Source of the DNA: a virus
Lineage: Duplodnaviria > Caudoviricetes
Length of the DNA: 52,676 nt
Direction: 5' to 3' (one strand)
Virus record (IMG/VR): IMGVR_UViG_3300007346_005272
Span: 1 to 52,676 of that record
How positions within the stretch are numbered: the stretch's first letter is position 1; every line of letters starts with the position of its first letter. The position numbers and the translations under genes were made by a program. Of the stretch, positions 37,859-47,076 are shown one piece after another. Below the pieces are notes generated by a model. That model was not told the origin of the DNA. It did not search any database and saw only the letters and a program-made list of their open reading frames with translations.

Positions 37859-39436
37859 TTATTGAGCACCCTCATCGGTGTCAATGGGTTCTGTAATGCT
37901 AATGCTAGGAACAAATTCCAAAGTAGCCAAAGAATCCGCTACCTTAACCATAAGTTCATCATGATCCATCTTCGTAGAGAAGTGAACATCCACGCCCTCA
38001 TCTGTCTTGAAGGAGAAAACAGGCACAGCCGAAAGCGCAGACGAAACATCAAGAGCCTCATCATCAGAGCACTTAACGTGTACCACGAAACCAGAAACAG
38101 CCTTTTCGCCCTGCTCCATTGGACGAGACATCGGAGCCTCCGTCAGATAATCCTCAACGCCAGCAATAAGCTCAAGCGTGGCTTCACGTAGTGTGCCTGC
38201 ACCACGAAGCTTCAACATCTCGTTGTAAGCCATCAAAAGAAGCGCCATGGGGTCTTTGAGATACTCAGGTGTCTTTGACTCCCCGTACCCATGACCCTTT
38301 TCTTCGGTACCGCAAGAACAGCCGCCAGTAGCATCCTTTGCCTCTTCGACCTCCACACCGGCCAAGTAGTTGTTGTGAACATTGATGTTAGCATTACCAT
38401 CAAAACGTTTCAGTGCCTCAAGGTACTCCTCGTGCGTGTCACAAGGAAGATAGCCACCACCATGTGAGTGGGTGCCAGAACAACCAAATGTTTTCGACCA
38501 TGCTAAAGCAATATCAGGAGTCGCCCAAGTACCGTGCTCGTCCTCTGCGTCACGGATACCTTCAGGCTCTTCAGCGTCCTTCTCGTCAGGGTCCTTAACC
38601 ATCATCGAAGGAGGAGCCGAATCACCAACCGGCGTATACGACATCGTAGGCGTCACCCTCGTAGGCTTCCCAACCATGATGTTGCCTTCGTCCATTGAGA
38701 ACGTGGCCATCCATGTCATGTCTTCGCCTGTCTCAAAGATTACCGAGTTTCCGTCAACACTGATAATTTTTACCGGCTTACGAAGAGCTTGAGAAAGCGC
38801 ATTGCCAATCATTGATGACATTGCGTCGGCTCTATTTGACGGCTTACCCATTCCGTTGTCATCCATATGCATTTTTGTCACTGTGCCTTCTTCATCGTCT
38901 TTTACAGAAATAGTACCGGTTAGCTGATTAGCGCCGTGTAGTACGGGAGAAATCTCGTATAGTTCAACTTCTTTAAGCATGTTTGCTTTTTGCATAGCAT
39001 CGTAATCGGCGGTTAGTGTTTTGTAACCAATCGACCACTCTTGATCATTTCCATAAAATGCAACATTTGCGAACGCCTCACGACCACGCTCAGTATTGAG
39101 GTTAAACTGAACTTTTGCGTAAAGTCCGCCAATCTTAGCATTCTTCATCTTCTCAGGCAGTCTTGGATCATTTCTAGAAACTTCGTAAATCTCCAGAACC
39201 TTACCGATGGGCTGATTCCAATCGTGGCCCCAAACAACTCGGGGCTTACGGCGCTTTAAAGATTCGTTAAAAGCCCCAGAAATAACAACATCGCCAACTG
39301 AATCGCGATTGCCAATACCTGAAACAAATGCTTCGACAATACCTTCGGCTTTATCAATGCCAATCTGGCCTGAAATGGCCTTAAAAGTGAAGTCTTCTTC
39401 CTTTTCAGATGCATTTTCCATAACGACAGAAGTCAT
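37859..39436 (-). CDS. HK97-family prohead protease with long C-terminal extension
   Basis: DSVGDVV..GAF, WGHDWNQPIGK, WSIGY, ELYEISPVLHGAN; extension contains GCSGTH...LPC. Confidence 0.9.
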   Translation of the reverse strand: MTSVVMENASEKEEDFTFKAISGQIGIDKAEGIVEAFVSGIGNRDSVGDVVISGAFNESLKRRKPRVVWGHDWNQPIGKVLEIYEVSRNDPRLPEKMKNAKIGGLYAKVQFNLNTERGREAFANVAFYGNDQEWSIGYKTLTADYDAMQKANMLKEVELYEISPVLHGANQLTGTISVKDDEEGTVTKMHMDDNGMGKPSNRADAMSSMIGNALSQALRKPVKIISVDGNSVIFETGEDMTWMATFSMDEGNIMVGKPTRVTPTMSYTPVGDSAPPSMMVKDPDEKDAEEPEGIRDAEDEHGTWATPDIALAWSKTFGCSGTHSHGGGYLPCDTHEEYLEALKRFDGNANINVHNNYLAGVEVEEAKDATGGCSCGTEEKGHGYGESKTPEYLKDPMALLLMAYNEMLKLRGAGTLREATLELIAGVEDYLTEAPMSRPMEQGEKAVSGFVVHVKCSDDEALDVSSALSAVPVFSFKTDEGVDVHFSTKMDHDELMVKVADSLATLEFVPSISITEPIDTDEGAQ

Positions 39437-39538
39437 GTCTCTCCTTAAGGTCTAAGAGCGCCCTGAGTATATGTTATCGGGGCGAGGGTTGTTACTTTAG
39501 CGTATTTATATAAACTGAAAAACGGGTAATTATATAAA

Positions 39539-41041
39539 CTATAGTGCAGATTCGCTAGGAACTCTTGATGCAGGAGCTTCAATATTATCAGTACCCTGCA
39601 CAGTGCCAGCAGGAACAAACCCGCCAACCTCAGGACTAAACTCAGCAACATCCTGACTAAACGCAGCAGACCTCTGCGCATCCAATGATTCACCAACACC
39701 TGCACCGGGAGCACCGCCGCCAGGAGCAATACTGGTCGGAACTGCACCGCCCTCAGCCGCCGCTGCTTCCTCCTGCTCAGCAGCAATCTCCTCCTGCGTT
39801 TTCTCAGTATTCGCAATCGGCGTCTGATTCGGGTTAGCCAACAACGAATCAGCAATATCGCCATCAACACGCTTACGGCTCACCGCTTGACGATACTCAT
39901 TAACACTAATTAGACCTTGCTGGAACTCTGACAAATAGTGCATCGCCCGCTCCTGACTAGCTAAAACCAGCGTGGGAACATTACCGGTATCGAAATCAAT
40001 GTAGTAAGTAGGATCAATCTTGTCGAACGATCGTGCAATCAAGTCCAAGTGCGGAGACATGGTTTCCATCCAGAAAACCTTCCCCTCTTCAGAAGCGTTA
40101 GCGAAAGTACGGTTAGAAGAGTTGCCGATAATCGACTCAGGTACACCAAATGCTGCCAAAATCTCTTCTTTGGTGATTGTTCGCATCTGGATATACGCAG
40201 CATCACGAGGACTGGCTGCAGTATCAACGAAATCTGCACCATCATCGGCGGAAATTACACCTACAGCGCCTGCTCTACCGATATTGCCACGGAAACGGGA
40301 ACGTAACTCCTCTTTATCCTCGTCAGCGATCTCGCTGCGTAGAACAAGTAGACCGCCGGGACGACCGTCGTTAATCAAGAAGTTCCTGTTGTAGATTTTA
40401 GCCAAACTTTCGACTTCGATAGCAACCCCAGAAGCTTCCATTGGGGTCATCGACAAGTAAGGATCCAAAGGATGCGGACGGCGAATCCAGATGACATTCT
40501 CTGGACGCAACGTACGCTTCTCATGTGCACTAATCTTGACTTCAAAACCCTTCACAAACTTCTGAACATCAGGAATAGGTGACGTATTCTGAGGCGGCAA
40601 AAGGTGAAGCGCAATGGGTACACCACCTCTACCTCGTACAACCTCAACAAAAACACCACGACTACTCATGAGAAGCTGAGCAGACAAACGATACCTAAAC
40701 GCAAACGCATTCTCGCCCTGGTTGGCAGTGTTATTGAAGATTTTCAACAAATCAGCGTCTTGGACAATCTCACCAAAGGGATTGTTGTCTTTGCGTAAAA
40801 TCATGGGAAGGCGTGCTTGGTTTGAAGCGATCACATCAATGCTTCTAAACACCCAAGTGACCTTAGCGACGCCCTCTTTATAAGCCTTAACAATGTCCCA
40901 CCCATCATGATAACCACGATTATCCGCCAAAGAAGGGCTGTACGAAACTGGGGCGCCAACAGAAATAGGAGCAGCTTTCTGCTCCTCTGGCCCTACAGCA
41001 ATGTTGCGAAGTGATTTGTTAGATGTGGAATTCCATGCCAT
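39539..41041 (-). CDS. Portal protein (HK97 family)
   Basis: WVFRSIDVIA, NDGRPGGLL, ITKEEILAAFGVP..IIG...TFAN, SVNEYR. Confidence 0.93.
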   Translation of the reverse strand: MAWNSTSNKSLRNIAVGPEEQKAAPISVGAPVSYSPSLADNRGYHDGWDIVKAYKEGVAKVTWVFRSIDVIASNQARLPMILRKDNNPFGEIVQDADLLKIFNNTANQGENAFAFRYRLSAQLLMSSRGVFVEVVRGRGGVPIALHLLPPQNTSPIPDVQKFVKGFEVKISAHEKRTLRPENVIWIRRPHPLDPYLSMTPMEASGVAIEVESLAKIYNRNFLINDGRPGGLLVLRSEIADEDKEELRSRFRGNIGRAGAVGVISADDGADFVDTAASPRDAAYIQMRTITKEEILAAFGVPESIIGNSSNRTFANASEEGKVFWMETMSPHLDLIARSFDKIDPTYYIDFDTGNVPTLVLASQERAMHYLSEFQQGLISVNEYRQAVSRKRVDGDIADSLLANPNQTPIANTEKTQEEIAAEQEEAAAAEGGAVPTSIAPGGGAPGAGVGESLDAQRSAAFSQDVAEFSPEVGGFVPAGTVQGTDNIEAPASRVPSESAL

Positions 41042-41199
41042 TATTCAGCCCCTAAGAGATACCCATAAATACCGCACGCAAGGCCAGCACTTGCCAAACC
41101 CCACCCTAAACTTAGTATACTAAGACCAAGCCCAATTAGAATCACAGAAAAACACATAAGTAGATGGGCGCACGTTGATCGGCTAAAAAAATTCATCAT
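41041..41199 (-). CDS. Small membrane protein coupled to the portal gene (not in ORF track)
   Basis: MMNFFSRSTCAHLLMCFSVILIGLGLSILSLGWGLASAGLACGIYGYLLGAE*, 52 aa; TAATG overlap with the portal start. Confidence 0.65.
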   Translation of the reverse strand: MMNFFSRSTCAHLLMCFSVILIGLGLSILSLGWGLASAGLACGIYGYLLGAE

Positions 41200-41234
41200 G
41201 TTTATACTTTACAGCTAAATAGTCAAGGATTCAA
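41200..41234 (-). promoter_or_regulatory. Head-operon promoter in the 41-bp divergent gap
   Basis: TTGAAT-17 nt-TAAAGT-6 nt-ATG; an overlapping plus-strand TATACT at 41203-41208 could serve the terminase. Confidence 0.55.
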
Positions 41235-41240
41235 GCAGAT

Positions 41241-42557
41241 ATGTCTAACGAAGCTCCAGACTGGAACAAAATTCGGCAATACCTAGAACCAAAACGTTCC
41301 GAATATTGGATCGAAGAACCGTCGATGACACAAAAAGTCTTCCTAAAAAGCACTGCACAAGAAGTTCTCTTCGGTGGAGCCGCAGGCGGTGGAAAATCTA
41401 GTGCTCTAATCATGGCAGCCCTACAATACGTAGACGTACCCGGTTACAGCGCAATCCTGTTTAGGCGTACATACGCTGACCTTGCACTACCCGGCGCCCT
41501 CATGGACCGCTTCAGAGACTGGACTATGCAATACGACGACGTTCACTGGAATGCCAACAGCTACACAGCAACTTTCCCTAGCGGTGCAAGAGTCACATTC
41601 GGTTACCTCAACAACGTCAACGACTACCTCAGATACAAGGGTTCGGAATTCCAATTCATCGGAATGGACGAGGTAACAGAAATTAGAGAATCTGACTACC
41701 GTTACATGTTCTCTCGTCTTCGTCGTCCAGCATCAGGACCGCTAGCTCAAGTACCGCTGAGAATGCGGGCAGCTACAAACCCTGCACCTAACTGGGTCAG
41801 ACAGCGATTCCTTGTTGAAGGAAAAAATCGTGGACGAATCTTTATTCCTTCGATGCTGACCGATAACCCTGGTATTGATCCGGCTTCTTACCGTGCAGTT
41901 TTGCAGGAGCTAGATCCTGTTGAAAGAAAACGTTTGGAGTTTGGTGACTGGTGGTCAACTGCTTTAGGATCACTTTTCAACCGTGAAAGTTTTGAGGTTA
42001 TCGACCATAACGAGATCCCATCATTCTCGAACGATACACAAATCGTCAGATTCTGGGACCTCGCTGGCTCAGAACCAACACAATCAAACCCGGACCCTGA
42101 CTGGACCGTTGGCTGTCTCGGAGCGTTTGACAATGGCGTGTTCTATATCTTGGATATCCGTAGAATTAGGGCGAAGGGCGATAAAGTTGAAAAGTTCATT
42201 AGAGCCACCGCTGCGGAAGATGGTCCCGAAATCCCGATCATGATGGAGCAAGAGCCAGGGTCTGCAGGTAAAAACCTTATTGACCAATACGCTAGATATG
42301 TGCTACCCGGCTATGACTTCAAAGGCCAACGCGCTACTGGTGATAAAGTCACCAGAGCCAAGCCACTTTCGGCAGCTGTAGCCAACGGAAATGTTCGCCT
42401 TATGATGGCAGAGTGGAACACAGACTTTTTGGACGAAATCTCTTCGTTCCCGGAAGCACGAGTACACGACGATCAAGTTGACGCTGCAGTACACGCTTTC
42501 AACTATTGTGCAGGACTTGGTATGGGGCGTCGCAAAAAGATTGAGATTATAATCTGA
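41241..42557 (+). CDS. terL: Terminase large subunit
   Basis: Walker A GGAAGGGKS, Walker B IGMDE, ATNP, nuclease motifs RFWDLA and HDDQVDA. Confidence 0.95.
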   Translation: MSNEAPDWNKIRQYLEPKRSEYWIEEPSMTQKVFLKSTAQEVLFGGAAGGGKSSALIMAALQYVDVPGYSAILFRRTYADLALPGALMDRFRDWTMQYDDVHWNANSYTATFPSGARVTFGYLNNVNDYLRYKGSEFQFIGMDEVTEIRESDYRYMFSRLRRPASGPLAQVPLRMRAATNPAPNWVRQRFLVEGKNRGRIFIPSMLTDNPGIDPASYRAVLQELDPVERKRLEFGDWWSTALGSLFNRESFEVIDHNEIPSFSNDTQIVRFWDLAGSEPTQSNPDPDWTVGCLGAFDNGVFYILDIRRIRAKGDKVEKFIRATAAEDGPEIPIMMEQEPGSAGKNLIDQYARYVLPGYDFKGQRATGDKVTRAKPLSAAVANGNVRLMMAEWNTDFLDEISSFPEARVHDDQVDAAVHAFNYCAGLGMGRRKKIEIII

Positions 42558-43499
42558 CTAAGCGTCTCTTACCGCATTAAAGACATTTACTTTAAGCCGA
42601 TGACTGAAGTTGTCTAACTCTAACGAGTGCTGTGCTGCTTCAATCGGTGGAATATCTCTGTGGAAATCTATGTATTCCGTAATAGCGTTATACGCCGCCC
42701 ACTTCGTTTCACCGAACCGGCCAAGATTATGAGGCTGACGGTAAATAGTATTGATCTTCTCGTGCACATCTTCAGCGTTGGAACGCTTCTTAGCAGAAGA
42801 AGCTCCTTGAGTGGACCAGAACTTTTCCATCACCTTGAACATTTTATCAGCAGACATGTGAGAAGATGTAAACTCGCTGATGATAAGGTCAAGCTTCTCC
42901 GACCAAATCTGACGCATCGTGAGAGCTTCTGTCGCATCCATAGGATCAATCGTCTCATTCGGTGTGTGTCGCTTACGCAAACTAAAATCTGCATCAGCAG
43001 AAAAACGATAAACAGAATTTGTTTCAGCCCGAACATCTAGGTTGTAATAGCAAATAGGGATACTGCCATCGTGGGAAGTAATGACAACGATATAGTTATC
43101 TACAGAATCCTCACCCATGGTAGACAGGATCTTTGTGCTACTATGCTTAACGGCCACGAAAAACTTACGACCTTCCTCAAGCACCCCGCAACTATGCAAA
43201 GAGGCTGCGCCGTTTGCTTTTGCCACGATATCTCTAGCTCTATCTAAAATGCTAGAGTTGGGTACAACCGAGTAACGTTCTTTCACGACCTCCCACATGA
43301 TGCGGTGAGTCTGATCCAAACTAACTCGGTTAATGATAAAGCGGTTAGGGAACGTGGCGATCTTGCCCATAACGTCGTCATGCATCAAGACCGGGCTTAG
43401 TGTAACAGTATAGTCGCCTTTGGACTTGAGTAAAATCTCGTTGTTCGATTGCTCAGACGAAATCCTAGTCCCAAGGTCAAGCCATGACTTATCGCTCAT
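42558..43499 (-). CDS. DUF932-like phage/plasmid protein
   Basis: Y.VV.N, G.L..GRKFF, NYIVVITSHDGS, GETKWAAYNAITEYIDF. Start taken as MSDKSW, in the last repeat copy. Confidence 0.75.
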   Translation of the reverse strand: MSDKSWLDLGTRISSEQSNNEILLKSKGDYTVTLSPVLMHDDVMGKIATFPNRFIINRVSLDQTHRIMWEVVKERYSVVPNSSILDRARDIVAKANGAASLHSCGVLEEGRKFFVAVKHSSTKILSTMGEDSVDNYIVVITSHDGSIPICYYNLDVRAETNSVYRFSADADFSLRKRHTPNETIDPMDATEALTMRQIWSEKLDLIISEFTSSHMSADKMFKVMEKFWSTQGASSAKKRSNAEDVHEKINTIYRQPHNLGRFGETKWAAYNAITEYIDFHRDIPPIEAAQHSLELDNFSHRLKVNVFNAVRDA

Positions 43500-43632
43500 A
43501 TCCGGACCCCGGCTCAGACGAAATCCTAGTCCCAAGGTCAAGCCATGACTTATCGCTCATATCCGGACCCCGGCTCAGACGAAATCCTAGTCCCAAGGTC
43601 AAGCCATGACTTATCGCTCATCCCCGGACCCC
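43451..43632. repeat. 61-bp tandem repeat, about 3 copies, at the mazG / DUF932 junction
   Basis: Unit gctcagacgaaatcctagtcccaaggtcaagccatgacttatcgctcatatccggaccccg starts at 43451, 43512 and 43573; the third copy has cc instead of at. Confidence 0.95.
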
Positions 43633-43961
43633 TGAATCACGTTCCGATCGTATCGGTCAAAAAGCTTTTCGATATTTTCTTTAGCAATGTCGTTGAGATC
43701 AATACCAAGCTCCCAGGCGAGCACGGCAGCATACCAAAGCACATCACCGATTTCTTTACTGATAGCAGAGCGGAATACCGAATCAGTATAGTCCCCGTCA
43801 CTGTCTCTAATGTGCTTCTTTACCTTGTCAGCAACTTCGCCTGCTTCGCTAGCGAGACCAAGAGTCAGGTACTCAACCGCTGATTCCTTCGGATAAATAG
43901 CGGTCGTCTTAGCACCAACCTGATACGCATTAAATTCCATTCCCATTTTATCTCCTGTCAC
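43611..43961 (-). CDS. mazG: MazG-like NTP pyrophosphohydrolase
   Basis: YLTLGLASEAGEVADKVKK...KEIGDVLWY...NIEKL..R...IQGSGDER. Confidence 0.88.
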   Translation of the reverse strand: MTGDKMGMEFNAYQVGAKTTAIYPKESAVEYLTLGLASEAGEVADKVKKHIRDSDGDYTDSVFRSAISKEIGDVLWYAAVLAWELGIDLNDIAKENIEKLFDRYDRNVIQGSGDER

Positions 43962-44485
43962 AGCGACTCGGGATCGCCCGTCGGTCGCTCAATCTTAACG
44001 CTCTCTCCTGTTGCCGATTCAATCGGCACCCAGGCAGGCGAATACTTATGTGCTTTAATCTTACGCATCTTGATTAAAGAACCTTCCATGAGCAACATAA
44101 ACTCATCATCATCTAAGCCTAGCTGATCTTGGAAATCTTCACCATCAATATCGTTATCTAAAAACAACTCTCGCAAAAGCTCTGACAAGAACTTATTGAC
44201 TACAACGCCACGGTTCCGGTTCAGGTTCACGTGGAGTATCGCTGCCTCAACATCATCCACGTCTACCTTTACAATAGGGACTTCTTCTAGCTCTAGAAGC
44301 TTAGCAATCTCCCAACGATGGAACCCATCAATGATACATGCAGTAGATGCTTGACATACAATTGGTTGAAGTATGCCAAACTTTTCAACAGAGGTACGCA
44401 ATCTATTGAAGTCCGGTGAAACAACATAGTTCACTGAACCCCAAAAAGAAGGCTGCAATTTATTTGGAGAAACTGAAATGTACAT
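43958..44485 (-). CDS. ParB/Srx-like N-terminal domain protein (IbrB-like)
   Basis: SVEKFGILQPIV...IIDGFHRW...NRNRG; adjacent to the PAPS-reductase-like gene. Confidence 0.75.
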   Translation of the reverse strand: MYISVSPNKLQPSFWGSVNYVVSPDFNRLRTSVEKFGILQPIVCQASTACIIDGFHRWEIAKLLELEEVPIVKVDVDDVEAAILHVNLNRNRGVVVNKFLSELLRELFLDNDIDGEDFQDQLGLDDDEFMLLMEGSLIKMRKIKAHKYSPAWVPIESATGESVKIERPTGDPESL

Positions 44486-44489
44486 TTAC

Positions 44490-45659
44490 TTAACTTAACC
44501 TAAAATCGTCGTGCAAGTCAAGGCTATCGGCATCAGCTATATCTTGATAGAGAGCCTGCATCCTCTTCTTGTGTGCAATCGTTTGCGGACCAACTGGGGA
44601 AGGGTTCCCCACAACGGAATTCAGAAGCAAGGTTCGAACTAGATGATCAATCGGATATGCAAAAGGGTCTTTCTTATGTGATGTTCTAAACTTATCTGCA
44701 AAAGAAAAAGCTAGACGCTTATAGTCGGCATCAATAAAATGCATTTCGATACATTCCTTAACGCCATCCCACCCATCTGCAACAAAATCATCTATGAGCG
44801 CTTCTATATCGTACTCTCCCCAGAGCTGACGCTGAGTATCTATCTCAGGGAACGTTTCAACTAGCCGATCGTAAAACTCTGGCTCGGTCTTGATTACGTC
44901 AGTCAACCTTCTAGCTGCAGTAGAAAACAAGGGCGTACCAACTCGTTGATTTGCTCCACCCAACATAGCGTAATCATAGTACTTGCAATAAGGAGCACCA
45001 TGCTCTTCTGTGATAAACTTAAGAACATCATCAGAAGTCCAATCGTATAGAACTTTTGCAAACCGTAGTGGAATTGACTTGGGTAAACCCTGAGGACGAT
45101 TGATGTAATTTTCGTGAAGCTTCTGAGTAACAGATCGGTACCGGACCATTGACTCATTCGCCCTTACTCCGGTAATAAACGCAGTTCGGCCACGCTTGCC
45201 CTGCATTGTATACTCATCTATTCGTTTAGGGAGGGGTAGATTACCAGACAATCCAAAATGCTCGGCCCGAATAGAGTTTGGCGGAAAGTCCCGGACCAGC
45301 AAGCCACACTCTTCCCTAAACGCCGACCACAACAAAACTAGCTCACGGGTACCCATGGACCAAACTTCTTGCAGCTGAGGGAGACAGTACCATTCCATGT
45401 CAACCCAATCGTAGTTACTTACTTCAGTAACAAACTCTTCTGCTGCAGGAGAAATGATCTCTTCGTCACGGAAAATCGTTTTGACAGGTCCAAGCCCACG
45501 CTCTTCATGAACCTCTTTCGCAAGATACAGCGCAGCCGTACTGTCTTTACCGCCACTAAACTGAACGCAAACTGTATCAAAGATATCATAAACGTGACGA
45601 ATTCGCTGCCTAGCAGCCTCTACACAATTTATATCCAAATACATTTGCTTACGAGGCAC
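44490..45659 (-). CDS. PAPS-reductase-like PP-loop protein (IbrA-like)
   Basis: AARQRI, VQFSGGKDS, FRDEE, ITGVRANESMVR, LYDWTSDDV. Confidence 0.8.
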   Translation of the reverse strand: MPRKQMYLDINCVEAARQRIRHVYDIFDTVCVQFSGGKDSTAALYLAKEVHEERGLGPVKTIFRDEEIISPAAEEFVTEVSNYDWVDMEWYCLPQLQEVWSMGTRELVLLWSAFREECGLLVRDFPPNSIRAEHFGLSGNLPLPKRIDEYTMQGKRGRTAFITGVRANESMVRYRSVTQKLHENYINRPQGLPKSIPLRFAKVLYDWTSDDVLKFITEEHGAPYCKYYDYAMLGGANQRVGTPLFSTAARRLTDVIKTEPEFYDRLVETFPEIDTQRQLWGEYDIEALIDDFVADGWDGVKECIEMHFIDADYKRLAFSFADKFRTSHKKDPFAYPIDHLVRTLLLNSVVGNPSPVGPQTIAHKKRMQALYQDIADADSLDLHDDFRLS

Positions 45660-45664
45660 GAGAC

Positions 45665-46447
45665 TTACTCCAGATGCTGGTCAAAGAAATCAAACAAAAG
45701 TTCTGTCGTTGTAGCGCCTTCGTACACAGGACTCTCCTTCAACTTGTGAAGAATGCGGTACCAGCCCGCCTGTTGATCGGTGTTCTCGAAAACAAGAGTA
45801 AACTGAATAGCGACGTTCTTGCTACCAGCCGCACCGACTGTGGTGCTTCCTTGAGTCACAATCGTATCAGTGCTTACACCTTCAGGGTTGAACGTTTGAG
45901 TTGGGGTCTCATCTGTACTGTCACTCACGAAAGCAGGAACGTTGTTCTCTTCAGGAACCCTGTTTACCGTGATCTCTGGGGCAGTCCAACCGTCATTAGG
46001 CGCACTTGATACCTGCGAAGAAATTACATTGTTTTCAATCGTGGCAATCGAAAAATCGTCCCAACCAAGGGTGCTGTAAAAATCTTCGTCCAAGCTAACA
46101 GCATCCGATAGCAAGTCGATAAGAGCGCTTTCATCAGTCTCACCAAGCTCAGAAATCCTATTGTCTGCCAGCGAGAAAGCAAGAGCGTCTTCTGAATCTA
46201 AATCAACGATGGACACAGCAATTTCTTGCCAACCTAAACGCTTAGCAGCTTCTAACTGATGATTGCCAGCGATAACTAAAAGTTTATCGCCATCCTCTAC
46301 GGCCACAATGGGCTTCACTTGTCCAAACTTGTTGTAAGACGCCATGATTGCATCAACATTACCACGACGTGCGTTAACCTCAAGAGGCTTCAGTAGCTCA
46401 ATGTCTACAGCCAACGACTGAATATTTGAAGCGATGTTATGGATCAT
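45665..46447 (-). CDS. ParB-like domain protein
   Basis: NARRGNVDAIMASYNKFGQVKPIV...VIAGNHQLEAAKRLGW...ADNR; start MIHNI coupled by ATGA. Confidence 0.8.
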   Translation of the reverse strand: MIHNIASNIQSLAVDIELLKPLEVNARRGNVDAIMASYNKFGQVKPIVAVEDGDKLLVIAGNHQLEAAKRLGWQEIAVSIVDLDSEDALAFSLADNRISELGETDESALIDLLSDAVSLDEDFYSTLGWDDFSIATIENNVISSQVSSAPNDGWTAPEITVNRVPEENNVPAFVSDSTDETPTQTFNPEGVSTDTIVTQGSTTVGAAGSKNVAIQFTLVFENTDQQAGWYRILHKLKESPVYEGATTTELLFDFFDQHLE

Positions 46448-47067
46448 GACGGCGCATACCCCATAACTGCACATTGCCACCACCAGTACCCGACCGTAGG
46501 CCAGCGCATGTTTGTGCGTGAGTCATACCAATCATGTCGGTTGCCGGGTAGGTCCCGCTCAATGTAAGGAGAGTAAACCTGTACATTCTCGAAGTGTGTA
46601 TTCATGACCAGCTCTAAGCGATCTTCATAGCAATTCCAATGGTGCGCTGCTCCATCCCACCACTCCGGCGGAGTCTTAGTAAGATATTGACCATCGTCGG
46701 ACATGTGATAAATTTGCGAGTCAACATCCTGATGCTCCATCGTAGAAACAACCATGTCCCAAGGCTCTAGTTTCTCAGCCCACCGCTTAATACACTTATG
46801 AACATCAGGACCGACAGCAAGGACCGGGGCACCCGGCTTAGCGATGCGAACCATATCTGTCAAAAAGACACCCAGCTTCGGCCACGCAATATGCTCAAGC
46901 ACATGGCCGAGATAGATCGCATCAAATGTGTCATCCTCAAACGGATACGGTTCATCCATCTTTACCAAAACATCAGGTGTTGTGGAATGATCTTCCCACA
47001 CATCTGTGTTGACCCATCCGTCGATATAGTGGGTACCGCACCCCACATTGAGTAACTGCTTTTCCAT
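46444..47067 (-). CDS. Class I SAM-dependent methyltransferase
   Basis: LNVGCG...GWVNTD...YPFEDDTFDAIYLGHVLEH...RIAKPG. Confidence 0.85.
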   Translation of the reverse strand: MEKQLLNVGCGTHYIDGWVNTDVWEDHSTTPDVLVKMDEPYPFEDDTFDAIYLGHVLEHIAWPKLGVFLTDMVRIAKPGAPVLAVGPDVHKCIKRWAEKLEPWDMVVSTMEHQDVDSQIYHMSDDGQYLTKTPPEWWDGAAHHWNCYEDRLELVMNTHFENVQVYSPYIERDLPGNRHDWYDSRTNMRWPTVGYWWWQCAVMGYAPS

Positions 47068-47076
47068 AGCGTTCTC

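Noticed and set aside
39445-39870. 141-aa minus-strand ORF overlapping the portal 3' end
   Set aside because: Alternate-frame Leu/Arg-rich product of codon bias that runs through the protease promoter region.
43500-43541. ORF-track N-terminal extension of the DUF932-like gene (MTLGLGFRLSRGPD)
   Set aside because: It is an out-of-frame reading of the repeat unit; MSDKSW at 43499 matches the original coupled start.
43451-43632. 61-bp repeats as a CRISPR mini-array
   Set aside because: The units are contiguous and identical with no unique spacers, and they derive from coding sequence at a gene junction.
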